From positions 1,056,001-1,120,000 of the forward strand of contig OY969695.1 of NCBI GenBank assembly GCA_963701965.1: a stretch of 64,000 nucleotides of DNA, in the 5' to 3' direction. The translations under genes were made by a program, and so were the position numbers. Position 1 is the first letter of the stretch, and every line of letters starts with the position of its first letter. The notes beneath the pieces are model-generated. The model worked only from the letters and a program-made list of their open reading frames with translations, searched no databases and was not told where the DNA came from. The stretch comes from an uncultured Gemmatimonadales bacterium. Its GTDB lineage: Bacteria > Gemmatimonadota > Gemmatimonadetes > Gemmatimonadales > Gemmatimonadaceae. Positions 28,826-38,653 of this stretch are shown one piece after another.

Positions 28826-29671
28826 TTACGCCGCCACCGCCGCCCGCGAAAATGCTTCGCTCAACACCCGCCCCGCATACGTCAACGGCCGCGCCACGCC
28901 GAGCGCTGCGCACACCGTGGCCGGGATATCGAGCAGCGTGACGGGTCCTTCCAACTCACACGGTTCGATCTGCGCTCCCGCCACCATGACGGGGATCGTG
29001 CGATCGAGCGGATGATCGCTGTCGTGATCGTTGGCTACCGCCCCACCGCCCCCGTGATCCGCGCACGCGATCAGGATCGTGGCCGGATCGCGCGCGGGAT
29101 CGAGCTCGGCGAGGAGACCGCCGATCGCCGCGTCGAGATCCCGCGCCCCGCGCTCGTACTCGCGCGACATCCATCCGTGATCGTGCCCCGCCCGATCCGC
29201 ATCCGGCCAATGCATCAACAGCAAGCCGCGGCGCTGGGTGCGCAACGTGGGCCGCGCGGCCTCGAGAATGCCGAGCGCGCCCGCGCCGCCGAAGTGCGCA
29301 TGCTCCACGCCCAGGTGGCGCGCGATCCGCCGCGCCAGTCCCGCGTACAACCGGGGCACTGAATGCACAAAAGCCGACGTCGGGTATCCGGCATCGGCTA
29401 GGATTCGCGGCAGAAGATGGAGCGGCCCTCGCGATCGGGGAATGTGAAAGCGATCGCTCTCCAGTCCATGATACTGCGGCGGCGCGCCGCACAAGATCGA
29501 CGCCATGGCCGCCGCGGTGACGCTGGGACTCACCGACTTTCCGGTCATCGTCGAGGCGCTCGCGGCCATCAGCCCGCGAATGTGTGTGAGACCGAATCGT
29601 TCAATGGCGTCCGGGCGCAGGCCATCGAGTACCACGAGGACCACGCGACGGATGTCGGTCGGAGCAGTCAT
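28826..29671 (-). CDS. Alkaline phosphatase superfamily / NPP-type protein
   Basis: LDGLRPD, PSVT, DRAGH, ADHGG, LLDIPAT. Confidence 0.88.
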   Translation of the reverse strand: MTAPTDIRRVVLVVLDGLRPDAIERFGLTHIRGLMAASASTMTGKSVSPSVTAAAMASILCGAPPQYHGLESDRFHIPRSRGPLHLLPRILADAGYPTSAFVHSVPRLYAGLARRIARHLGVEHAHFGGAGALGILEAARPTLRTQRRGLLLMHWPDADRAGHDHGWMSREYERGARDLDAAIGGLLAELDPARDPATILIACADHGGGGAVANDHDSDHPLDRTIPVMVAGAQIEPCELEGPVTLLDIPATVCAALGVARPLTYAGRVLSEAFSRAAVAA

Positions 29672-29804
29672 GTCGAACTCCAAGCGGGGGGAAGCGCAAC
29701 CCTCATCCGCGACGTAACTTGGCGCTCAGCGGTACCGGATACAGCGCCGTCGCGTGACAGATACGTAACGGTCGACACGCGTTGACCCCCTTAGTCTCTT
29801 TGCT

Positions 29805-31007
29805 ATGCGACTTCTCATTTGCTCGGACACGTATCCGCCGCAAGTCAACGGCGTCTCCGTCGTGACCGCGATCTCCGCCGCGGGACTCATCAAGCGGGGT
29901 TGGGAATGCGCCGTCATCGCACCGCGCTATCCGTCGGAGCCCGTCAGTGTGTTCAGCGACGCGCGTGTGGCGGATTGCGATGTGCTCTCCGTACCGAGCC
30001 TCTCGTTCCCACCCTATCCGGACGTGCGCCTCTCGGCGCCGGCGTACTCGGCCGTGCTGAAGTTCGCCCGCCGCTTCCGGCCCGACCTGGTGCACTCGGC
30101 GACCGAGTTCGTGATCGGCCGCATGGGCCAGCTGGCCGGACGCCGGCTGGGCGTCCCCCTGGTCTCATCCTATCACACGGACTTCAGCCGCTATACGACG
30201 GAGTATGGCATTGGTTTCCTCCGTGCAACCGTCATGGCGTACATCGCGCGCTTCCATAAGCGCAGCCGGCGCACGTACACGCCGTCGGGCCCATCGCGCG
30301 AGGATCTGATCCGCGCCGGCGTGCGCGACGTCGAAGTGTGGGGACGCGGCGTCAACATCGAGACCTACTCGCCGAGCCTCCGAAGCCCGGAGACGCGCGC
30401 ACGCCTCGGACTCGGCGACCGCTTCACGTTTCTCTACGTGGGTCGGCTGGCCATCGAGAAACGCGCCGACATGATTGTCGAAGCCTACGCCCGCGCCGTC
30501 ACGGCTCTGCCGCCGGACAGCACGCGCCTCGTGATCGCCGGCGCCGGCCCCCGCGAAGCCGCCGTGCGCGCCGCGGCGCCGCCGGGCGGTCAGGTGATCT
30601 TCCTGGGATACCTCGACCGCCAACGCGAGCTGCCAATGCTATACGCCAGCGCCGACGCGTTCGTGTTCGCCTCGCTCACCGAGACGCTGGGGCTCGTCGT
30701 GCTCGAAGCCATGGCGTCCGGACTGCCGGTGATCGCCGCGCCCTCGGGCGGCGTCGCCGATCATCTGCGCGATGGCGTCAATGGGATCGCCTACCCACCG
30801 GCCGACGCCGGCGCGCTCGCCGCCGCTATGGTCGCGCTGGCCAAAGACCCGGCCCGCGCGCGCGCGCTGGCCGCGGGCGCGCGCCGCACGGCCGAGGCGC
30901 TCACGTGGGAGCACGAGCTGGATCGCCTCGACGTGAGCTACCGCGAGGTGACGCGCCTGGTCACGCAACCCATGACCACACGAGAGCCCCTGCCGCAATC
31001 GTCATGA
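29805..31007 (+). CDS. GT4 glycosyltransferase
   Basis: DTYPPQVNGVS, YHTDF, VGRLAIEK, ETLGLVVLEAMASG. Confidence 0.93.
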   Translation: MRLLICSDTYPPQVNGVSVVTAISAAGLIKRGWECAVIAPRYPSEPVSVFSDARVADCDVLSVPSLSFPPYPDVRLSAPAYSAVLKFARRFRPDLVHSATEFVIGRMGQLAGRRLGVPLVSSYHTDFSRYTTEYGIGFLRATVMAYIARFHKRSRRTYTPSGPSREDLIRAGVRDVEVWGRGVNIETYSPSLRSPETRARLGLGDRFTFLYVGRLAIEKRADMIVEAYARAVTALPPDSTRLVIAGAGPREAAVRAAAPPGGQVIFLGYLDRQRELPMLYASADAFVFASLTETLGLVVLEAMASGLPVIAAPSGGVADHLRDGVNGIAYPPADAGALAAAMVALAKDPARARALAAGARRTAEALTWEHELDRLDVSYREVTRLVTQPMTTREPLPQSS

Positions 31008-32178
31008 CGAGCGCCGCGGCGCCGCCCAACGCGTTGAGCGCCGCGCCGTTCCGACTGGTCCCCATCACGCGCGCGTCGTTGGCGACCACGAGGATGATCA
31101 CGATGAGGGGCGGCGCCAGCAGGCCGTTGATGACGGCAGACCAGAACAGCATCCGGATGGCATCGATGCGCGCGTAGTTGAGCGCCGCGCCCACGAGCGT
31201 GGCGACACCGATCACGGCGTAAAACTGGGGCGCGGTCCACAACTTCTCATCCATGCCGCGCCGCCACCGCGCGGCCTCGGTGATCGCGTACGCGGCCGAG
31301 CCGGCGAGCACCGGCACTCCCAGCAGCCCGGTCCCAAGGATCCCAAGCGCGAACAACAAGGTCGCGCCCCCTCCGGCCAGCGGCCTCAGCGCCTCGGCCG
31401 CCTGCGCGGCCGTCTCGATGCGCGTGAGCCCGTGCTGGTGGAGCGTGGCGCCCGTCGTCAGAATGATGAAGTACATGATGAGATTCGAGATCAGCATCCC
31501 GGCATTGGTATCGTTGACGGCCGCGTGCATCGTCTTCTGCATCGGCTCGCCGGTATGGGCGTTGTCCTCGGCCTCCTGCGCCGCCTGCCAGAAGAAGAGA
31601 TAGGGCGAGATCGTCGTCCCCAGGATCGCCACCAGCGTCAGCACGTAGTCCGACGTGGGGATGATGCGCGGCCAGAACGTACCGCGAAGGACGGCCGCCC
31701 AATCGGGATGCGCCAGGAATGCGGTCAAGACGTACGCGAACAGTGACAATGCCAGCCACTTGAGGACCCGGCTCATCTGTGCATAGGACGCGAACACCAG
31801 CAGCCCGAGCACGAGCGCGGCAAAGACGGGCACGAACCACAGCCCCCGGACTCCGGTGAGCAGCCCCGCCGCCGCGGCCATGCCGCCGAGGTCGGCGGCA
31901 ATGTTCACCGTGTTGGCGACGAGGAGCAGCACACACGCGCACCAGAGCACCCAGGGCGGATAGTAGTTGCGTAGCACGCTGGCCAGACCACGCCGCGACC
32001 GGATCCCGATCCGTGCGCAGATGAGCTGGACCGCGGCCATGAGCGGCAGCGTGATGAGGGCGCACCACAGCAGCGCGAAACCATAGGCCGCTCCCGCCTG
32101 CGAATACGTCGAGATCCCGGACGGATCGTCGTCGGCCGCCCCGGCGATGAGCCCGGGCCCCAGCCGGCGGAGCTTCAG
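30961..32178 (-). CDS. NRAMP-related divalent metal transporter (start uncertain)
   Basis: GPGLIAGAADDDPSGISTYS, GTTISPYLFFWQ; no clear ATG near the PAP2 stop. Confidence 0.85.
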   Translation of the reverse strand: MKLRRLGPGLIAGAADDDPSGISTYSQAGAAYGFALLWCALITLPLMAAVQLICARIGIRSRRGLASVLRNYYPPWVLWCACVLLLVANTVNIAADLGGMAAAAGLLTGVRGLWFVPVFAALVLGLLVFASYAQMSRVLKWLALSLFAYVLTAFLAHPDWAAVLRGTFWPRIIPTSDYVLTLVAILGTTISPYLFFWQAAQEAEDNAHTGEPMQKTMHAAVNDTNAGMLISNLIMYFIILTTGATLHQHGLTRIETAAQAAEALRPLAGGGATLLFALGILGTGLLGVPVLAGSAAYAITEAARWRRGMDEKLWTAPQFYAVIGVATLVGAALNYARIDAIRMLFWSAVINGLLAPPLIVIILVVANDARVMGTSRNGAALNALGGAAALVMTIAAGALVWSWVA

Positions 32179-32882
32179 GGCAGAAACGCGCGATCGAGCG
32201 CGTTGTGGGGATGCGACTCGCTGAAGTGGGACACGAGGAGTCCGGACGCGATGCCGACGGCCGCGCCACCGAGGACGTCGCTCAGCCAATGCCGGTTGGA
32301 GTAGAGGCGGGAGATCGCCACCATCCCGGCCGTCGTGTAGGCGACGGGACCGACCCAGCCGCTATGCGGCCACCATCGCGCGCTCTCGACGCTGGCGACG
32401 GCGGCGACCGAAAACGCCGACGCGCTGTGCAGCGAAGGCAGCGATCCGCGCTCGTCGTGCGTGAAGCCGGTCCCGAATCGAAAATCATACTGCCGCGTCG
32501 GTGACGCGTCCGGCCGAGCACGGCCAATCAATCCCTTGAGGGTGACGGTCACCACGGTGCTCAACGCCAATGCCTCCATGCCGTGGAACCCGGCAGTCGC
32601 CAATCCGCGATCGTGCCCCAGCTGCCCGCCCACATAGGCGCCAGCCGTCAAAACCGCCGTGCCGGGTATACCGAGAAGGTTGAACGCCGCCGCGGTCTCG
32701 TGCAGAGCGTGGCTGGACTGGAGCGATGGGTTCTGAAAAACATCGCGCACGCTCCGGTCGAGCGGGGAGAGCGCCGCGCCCGCGAGCACGATCGCGCCAC
32801 CGACCGCGAGGTCGCGACCCGGTGGGATCGTCTGCGCCGCCGCGGGAGCCGCGGCGACAATCAGCAGAAGAGCAAAGCGCAT
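32175..32882 (-). CDS. PAP2 family protein with signal peptide
   Basis: KGLIGRARP, SLPSLH, SRLYSNRHWLSD. Confidence 0.88.
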   Translation of the reverse strand: MRFALLLIVAAAPAAAQTIPPGRDLAVGGAIVLAGAALSPLDRSVRDVFQNPSLQSSHALHETAAAFNLLGIPGTAVLTAGAYVGGQLGHDRGLATAGFHGMEALALSTVVTVTLKGLIGRARPDASPTRQYDFRFGTGFTHDERGSLPSLHSASAFSVAAVASVESARWWPHSGWVGPVAYTTAGMVAISRLYSNRHWLSDVLGGAAVGIASGLLVSHFSESHPHNALDRAFLP

Positions 32883-32951
32883 GCCCGCCAATCTACTTCA
32901 CATGGCGCCGAACTTGCCCCGCTCGGCCGTCGCATTCCTCGAGAGGGACCG

Positions 32952-34070
32952 ATGCGACGCCTCTTTCCTTTGTTCGCGTTCTTCATCGCTCTACCGGTGA
33001 CGGCCCAGCAACCCACCCCCCAACCCTTCGTTCGCAACGACACCATCTATAGTCAGAACCCGAACGCCATCGACACGAGTGCCTCCGCACGACACCCGAG
33101 CTGGACGAACGCGTTGGAGGTCGGCCTGTACCCGACGGCGCGTCACTACACGCCCGATGTCGGGTACGGCTGGCTGTGGGGTGGCGGTCTGACCGGCACC
33201 CTGGCGTATCACTTCACGCCATTTCTGGCGTTGGAGTTGGGGTACAGCGATACGTGGAATCCCGCGATCGTCAGCGGTCACCGCGCGAATCCCCTGACGC
33301 AGCTCGCAACGGGGTCTCTCGTCTTCCAACTGCCAACGCACGCGCCGATCGTGCCGTACGTGTCGGGAGGCCCCGGGTACAACTGGTTCCAGTTTCATTT
33401 GCCATCGAGCATCTACCCGAACCTGTCGGAAATCCGGACGAAAGGATTCTGGGTGTGGCATCCGGCGGCGGGCGCCAAGATCAAGCTGAGTTACAGCACG
33501 GCGCTCCGCATCGAGGCGAACATGGACGTCGCGAGCCACCGGCGCGCGACGGCCGGCGGATTCCTGGGCATCTCGTTCTTCCCGGGGGCCAAGCGCCCTG
33601 CCCCAGAGGTCCGGCAGATCATCGCCACCCCACCGCCGAAGCACGACACGACGCTGGTGACCCGGGTGGACACGGTGCGCGTGAGCGCCCCACCGCGCAC
33701 CGTGGTCGACACGAGTGTGCTCCTGGTGCTGCAGGACGTCAATTTCGGATTCGGGAAGTCGGATCTTCGCTCACGGGCGAAGCCCGTCTTGGATCGGGGC
33801 GCGCAGCAGCTCAACAGCATCGGCAACGTCCCGCTCGAGATCATCGGGTACACCGACAGCATTGGCTCGGACGCGTACAACAACAAACTCGGGTTGGCAC
33901 GGGCAACGTCGGTCCGGGACTATCTGGTGCGGGCGGGCGTGGACCCGAATCGCATCACGGTGGCGACTGGCGGGAAGTCGAATCCGGTGGCGTCGAACCG
34001 CACGGAACAAGGACGGGCGCTGAACCGGCGGGTCGTCATTCGGAAGCACGTGATCGGGGCGCCGCAGTAG
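32952..34070 (+). CDS. OmpA family protein (beta-barrel plus OmpA_C)
   Basis: Signal peptide; GYTDSIG...LGLARA...GRALNRRV. Confidence 0.9.
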   Translation: MRRLFPLFAFFIALPVTAQQPTPQPFVRNDTIYSQNPNAIDTSASARHPSWTNALEVGLYPTARHYTPDVGYGWLWGGGLTGTLAYHFTPFLALELGYSDTWNPAIVSGHRANPLTQLATGSLVFQLPTHAPIVPYVSGGPGYNWFQFHLPSSIYPNLSEIRTKGFWVWHPAAGAKIKLSYSTALRIEANMDVASHRRATAGGFLGISFFPGAKRPAPEVRQIIATPPPKHDTTLVTRVDTVRVSAPPRTVVDTSVLLVLQDVNFGFGKSDLRSRAKPVLDRGAQQLNSIGNVPLEIIGYTDSIGSDAYNNKLGLARATSVRDYLVRAGVDPNRITVATGGKSNPVASNRTEQGRALNRRVVIRKHVIGAPQ

Positions 34071-34084
34071 AGTAGCTTGGCGGG

Positions 34085-34372
34085 ATGATCTGTCTCGCCG
34101 TCACCTACGTGATCCGCGCCGGAGCCGAGGACCAGGCCATCGCCTGGTTCTCGGCTCTCACCGATGCCTCCCGCGCCGAGCCGGGCAATGCGATGTATGT
34201 CGTGCATCGCTCGCCCGAGGACCCGCGCCGCTTCTTCCTCTACGAGCAGTACGAGTCGCCGGCGGCGCTCGACGCCCACCGCGCGTCGCCCCACTTCGCG
34301 CGGTACGTGACGAACGGCCTGTACACGGTGGCCGAAGAACGGGTGGCCGAGCGCTACGCCCCGATCACCTGA
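34085..34372 (+). CDS. ABM / putative quinol monooxygenase
   Basis: SRAEPGN, FFLYEQY, AHRASPHF. Confidence 0.88.
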   Translation: MICLAVTYVIRAGAEDQAIAWFSALTDASRAEPGNAMYVVHRSPEDPRRFFLYEQYESPAALDAHRASPHFARYVTNGLYTVAEERVAERYAPIT

Positions 34373-35481
34373 TTCCGAACGGTGATGTCGTCGACCCGGT
34401 CGCGGTCGACGGTCACGCCGATCCCCGGGCGGTCCAGGGGCACGCCGACCGTCCCCTGGTCGTCCATGGTCCACTCGGGCGTCACAATGTCCCGCTCCCA
34501 ATAGCGCGCGCTGGGACTGAGGTCGCCGGGGAGCGAGAAGTTGGCCAGCGAGGCCAGCGCCACGTTGTGGGCGCGGCCTACCCCGCTTTCCAGCATGCCG
34601 CCGCACCAAACGGGAATGCCGGCCCCCAGACACAGGTCGTGGATCGCGATCGACCGTGAGAAACCGCCCACGCGACCGGGCTTGATATTGATGATCCGGC
34701 CCGATCCCAGCGCGATCATGTCCTCGGCGCGATCGACCGAGGTAATCGACTCGTCGAGGCACAACGGGGTCTTGAGGCGCCGCTGCAGCGCGGCGTGGCG
34801 CACCAAGTCATCCTGGCCCAGCGGCTGCTCGATCATGATCAGATCGAACGCGTCGAGACGGGCCAGATGATCGGCGTCGCTGATGGTGTACGCCGAGTTG
34901 GCATCGACCATAATACCCACGTCCGGGCCGAGGGCCTCGCGCACCGCTGCCACGTAAGCGATGTCTTTCCCAGGGGCGATCTTGACCTTGACCTTGCGAT
35001 AATGCGCGTCGCGCGCTGCCCGCGCGCGCGCCACCAGCGCGTCGGGCGTTGATTGAATCCCGAGTGAGATGCCGGTGACGACGCGATCCCGAGTCCCACC
35101 GAGCAGACGCGCCAGGGGAAGTTGGGTCGCTTGCGCGGCGAGCGCCCAACACCCCATTTCGATCGCCGCCTTCGCCATATTGTGCCCCTGCACGTCGCGC
35201 GACAGCGCGGCGAACACGGCACGAGGATCGTCGAACTCGCGGCCGATGACGCGTTGCGACAGCCACGTGGTGATCGCCAGCCACGCCGTCTCCACCGTCT
35301 CGGCGGTGTAGTTCGGCGCCTCACCGGCCACGCACTCGGACCATTCGACGACGCCATTGGCGTCGCGCAGCTCGAGCAGGACAATGCGCCGCTCGCTCAC
35401 GACCCCGGACGAGATGCGAAACGGCTCGCGCAGGGGCAGCCGCAACTCGTGCAACGTGATCCGCTCCACACAGAGTGTCAT
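34354..35481 (-). CDS. menC: o-succinylbenzoate synthase / N-succinylamino acid racemase (NSAR type)
   Basis: KVKIAPG, VDAN, IEQP, LDES, NIKPGRVGG, WCGGMLE, PGDLS. Confidence 0.9.
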   Translation of the reverse strand: MTLCVERITLHELRLPLREPFRISSGVVSERRIVLLELRDANGVVEWSECVAGEAPNYTAETVETAWLAITTWLSQRVIGREFDDPRAVFAALSRDVQGHNMAKAAIEMGCWALAAQATQLPLARLLGGTRDRVVTGISLGIQSTPDALVARARAARDAHYRKVKVKIAPGKDIAYVAAVREALGPDVGIMVDANSAYTISDADHLARLDAFDLIMIEQPLGQDDLVRHAALQRRLKTPLCLDESITSVDRAEDMIALGSGRIINIKPGRVGGFSRSIAIHDLCLGAGIPVWCGGMLESGVGRAHNVALASLANFSLPGDLSPSARYWERDIVTPEWTMDDQGTVGVPLDRPGIGVTVDRDRVDDITVRNQVIGA

Positions 35482-36174
35482 GCCCGCCCCAGGGTGTAAT
35501 ACGTGTCATCGCCCTCGCGCCGGAAGCCGCTCACGCGCAATCCATCGGCGAAGGCTTGTTCGAACGCCACCCGCGTGCGGGCCCGCCACGCGGCGGCTTC
35601 GGCCACCGACTGGCCCAGCACGGCGTCGATGGCCGGCGGGATGGCCACCCGGCCCACGACGTCCCCCGGCGGCCGCCGCGAGCCATCCAGCCGCCATCGC
35701 ACGACGAACCGATCGGTCCCCAGCGCGTCGTGCATCGGACTATTGGTGACGCCGTACATGTCCGGCACGTACTCGGCCACATCGGCGCCCAGCACGTTCA
35801 GGTTGAGATGGGCATTGCGCGCCACCAGCGGATCGTACGTCCAGTACATCGTACCGATGCCCAGCGCGCGCACCGCGTCGCGCTGAAAGGCCTTGAGGGC
35901 CCGGCCGATCCCCTGGTCCCGGGCATTGGGATCCACGGCCAGCATGTCGGACCAATGCACGGTGGCCCCGTCTTTGAGGCCGGTCATCCCGAACACGAAT
36001 CCAACCAGACGATCGCCATCGAATGCGCCGGCGACAATGCCGCCGATCTTCTGCGCGACGAGCAGGATCGTCCGCGGGACGCGCTCCGTGAAATCGGCGC
36101 CCCAAGTGTCCTGCTGCATGCGGACGCAGGCGTCGAGCTCGCGGGGCCCGACGAGAATGGCGAACCGTGATCAC
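35478..36174 (-). CDS. GNAT acyl (succinyl) transferase, 1-nt insertion at 36155-36159
   Basis: HWSDMLAV, GIGRALK, WTYDPLVARNAHLN; removing one T gives N-terminus MITVRHLVGPRELDACVRMQQDTWG. Confidence 0.85.
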
Positions 36175-36181
36175 CAGGCGG

Positions 36182-38587
36182 TCACTTGCGCGCGGTAATG
36201 GCCGAGAAGTCCACGTTCCCAATGCGGTACCGCCGGGAGTCACGGAAGTCGAAGTGCCACCATTCCGCGGGATACACGGTGAACCCTTCCAGTTCCATGA
36301 GACGCCGCAACAGGTTGCGGCGCCAGCGCTCGAGCGACGTCCCCCCGGGATAGTACGCATAGCTGCGATCGGACATCTCATCATATCCGCCCGGCATCCG
36401 CAGCTCTTTTCCGGACAGCGTGTCGTACAGCGTCAGGTCCACCGCGGCGCCGCGGTTGTGATTGGAGCCGGCCGCGGGGTCGGCCACGAAAATGTGATTC
36501 TCCGGCGGTGTGGCGTCCCAGAAGATCTTCGTCACATACCACGGGCGATAGGCGTCGTGGATCAGGATCCCGAGGCCCTGTCGCCGCAGCGCGCGGTTGA
36601 CGCGGACGACGGCTTCGGCCGCGGGACGTTGCAGAAAAGCCCGGGCCTCCGTGTAGACCGGCACGCCGAGAAAGTTGTTCGACGTCGCGTAGCGGATGTC
36701 GAGTTTGATGGTGGAGTCGAGCGAGACGACGTCCACGAGATCGCTCGGCAAAAATGACCCCGACTCCGCTGGCGGCGTCGCCGCCAGCGCCGCCGCGCGC
36801 AGCGCGGGGATGGGTCGCACGGGGGTGATGTGAAACTGCGACCCGTCTTCGGGACCGACGGCGCGGCGGTCGTAGCTCACCCCCCCGGCGACGACGGTCG
36901 TCGCCCGCCCGCTCGTATCGCGAATGAACGCGAGATGCTCGCCGTCGTAGTAGCCCCAATCCGGGAACGCGTAGTTATCGGGACCGATCTCGGTCAGCGG
37001 ATACTCCTGGAACCAGTCGACCAGCGCGATCAACCGGCCGCCCCGCTCGAGGATGTTCAGCGTGTTGTAGTCCCATCCATACTCGCCAATGAGCCCCACC
37101 CATCGCGGTCCGGGAGACCCGGGCATCGGCTGTTCGGCCCGCCAGAGGGTGTCCCGATCCACAATGACAGCGTATCCCAACGGCAACACCCGGTCGCCGA
37201 ACCCGAGGCGATCGTCCGTCACCAGGGTATCGTGCGGCGTCGCCCGCAGGGCCAGCCGCTGCCCCCCGCGCGCCGAACGGGCGTACAGCACCCCGCCTTC
37301 GTTCTCCAGGAACACGCCGCGCGACCCCGCGTGATACCAGCCATCGAGCCGCACCGCGGTGGCGACCGGCACCGCGGCGAGCGCCGGCGGCACCGCCAGC
37401 GTCGTGGCCGTGCGGTGCGCCAGCAGCAACCGCAGCGCCGCGTCGGCGATTCGCGACGTGACGGCCGTGGTGCCGTCCAACGTCGTGATCACCGCGACGC
37501 CCAGCCGATCATCGGGCAGCGCATCCAACTCCGTGGCAAACCCGTACACGGATCCATTGTGCCCGACGCTGCGGTGGCCATCGAGGGACGAGATCGCGAA
37601 CCCCAGCCCATACCGCACGCCGTCCACCGTCGTGTCGTACTGCGGCCGCCACATCTCGGCCAACGTCGCCGGGGAGAGCACTTGCCCGCGCGCGCTCCGG
37701 CCTCCCGTGAACAGCACGCTCATGAATCGCGAGAGATCAGTCACACTGGAGTACATCGAAATCGCGGGCGCTTCGCCAAACGGAAACGTCGGCGCCAGGA
37801 ACCGCCGGCCCTCATAGGTCCACATCGTACCGGCCGCCAACTGCGGCACCATGTCGGGAGTGAGCGCGAACCCGCTATGCCGGAGGCCCAGCGGCTGCAT
37901 CACTTCCCGGTCCATGAACGTCGCGAACGGGAGGCCCGAGGCGCGCTCGATCGCGTAACCCGCCGTCGCCACGCCGGCGTTGGAGTACTTCGTGTGCGAC
38001 CCTGGCCGATAGGCCAACGCCGCTTCGTTGAGACTGGAGATCGTCGCCGCCAGCGATGGCCCGGAGGAATCGACATAGCTGCCGACCGGCGCCTCCAGCG
38101 GGAGCCCGGATCGGTGCGTCAACAGCTCCCGCAACGTCACCGGCTGGCGTGCGGTGAAGGGGTTGTGGGGCGAGAAGTCCGGGATGTACCGCATGACGGG
38201 CGCGTCCAGGTCGAGCGCGCCGCGCTCGACGAGGCGCATGACCCCGATGTTGGTGAAGAGCTTGGAGACCGAGCCGATACGGTAGACGGTAGCCGCCGTT
38301 GCCGGGGCGCTATCGCGGGGGTTGGCGATCCCGAAGCCCCGCGCCCACACGATGCGCTGGTCGTCGACCAGCGCGATCGACAGGCCCGGAATCCCCTTCT
38401 CGGCCAACTCGCGCTCGATAAAGGGCTCCAGCGTGGCGACCAACGCGCCATACCCATCGGCGGCCGCGACGAAGGGTGCGTCCGGCGGACCCTGGGCCTG
38501 GCTGGCGGCGGCGCTGGCGGACACGGCGGCCGCCACGGCGAGGACACCGCCGGCCCAAAGCGCGAGCACCCGGATCGCACCGTGCAT
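36182..38587 (-). CDS. Serine hydrolase (class C beta-lactamase fold) fused to M15D D-Ala-D-Ala dipeptidase
   Basis: SVSK, YSN, HNG; C-terminal DAYRP, SNHNRGAAVD, EWWHF. Confidence 0.9.
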   Translation of the reverse strand: MHGAIRVLALWAGGVLAVAAAVSASAAASQAQGPPDAPFVAAADGYGALVATLEPFIERELAEKGIPGLSIALVDDQRIVWARGFGIANPRDSAPATAATVYRIGSVSKLFTNIGVMRLVERGALDLDAPVMRYIPDFSPHNPFTARQPVTLRELLTHRSGLPLEAPVGSYVDSSGPSLAATISSLNEAALAYRPGSHTKYSNAGVATAGYAIERASGLPFATFMDREVMQPLGLRHSGFALTPDMVPQLAAGTMWTYEGRRFLAPTFPFGEAPAISMYSSVTDLSRFMSVLFTGGRSARGQVLSPATLAEMWRPQYDTTVDGVRYGLGFAISSLDGHRSVGHNGSVYGFATELDALPDDRLGVAVITTLDGTTAVTSRIADAALRLLLAHRTATTLAVPPALAAVPVATAVRLDGWYHAGSRGVFLENEGGVLYARSARGGQRLALRATPHDTLVTDDRLGFGDRVLPLGYAVIVDRDTLWRAEQPMPGSPGPRWVGLIGEYGWDYNTLNILERGGRLIALVDWFQEYPLTEIGPDNYAFPDWGYYDGEHLAFIRDTSGRATTVVAGGVSYDRRAVGPEDGSQFHITPVRPIPALRAAALAATPPAESGSFLPSDLVDVVSLDSTIKLDIRYATSNNFLGVPVYTEARAFLQRPAAEAVVRVNRALRRQGLGILIHDAYRPWYVTKIFWDATPPENHIFVADPAAGSNHNRGAAVDLTLYDTLSGKELRMPGGYDEMSDRSYAYYPGGTSLERWRRNLLRRLMELEGFTVYPAEWWHFDFRDSRRYRIGNVDFSAITARK

Positions 38588-38653
38588 GTATGTGCAAATT
38601 ACCCGGGGGTCGGGAGCATTGCACAGGCTCCTCGACCGGCGCTAGAATAGCGG

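Noticed and set aside
34354..35481. Menaquinone biosynthesis locus
   Set aside because: No other men genes; the GNAT context favours NSAR function.
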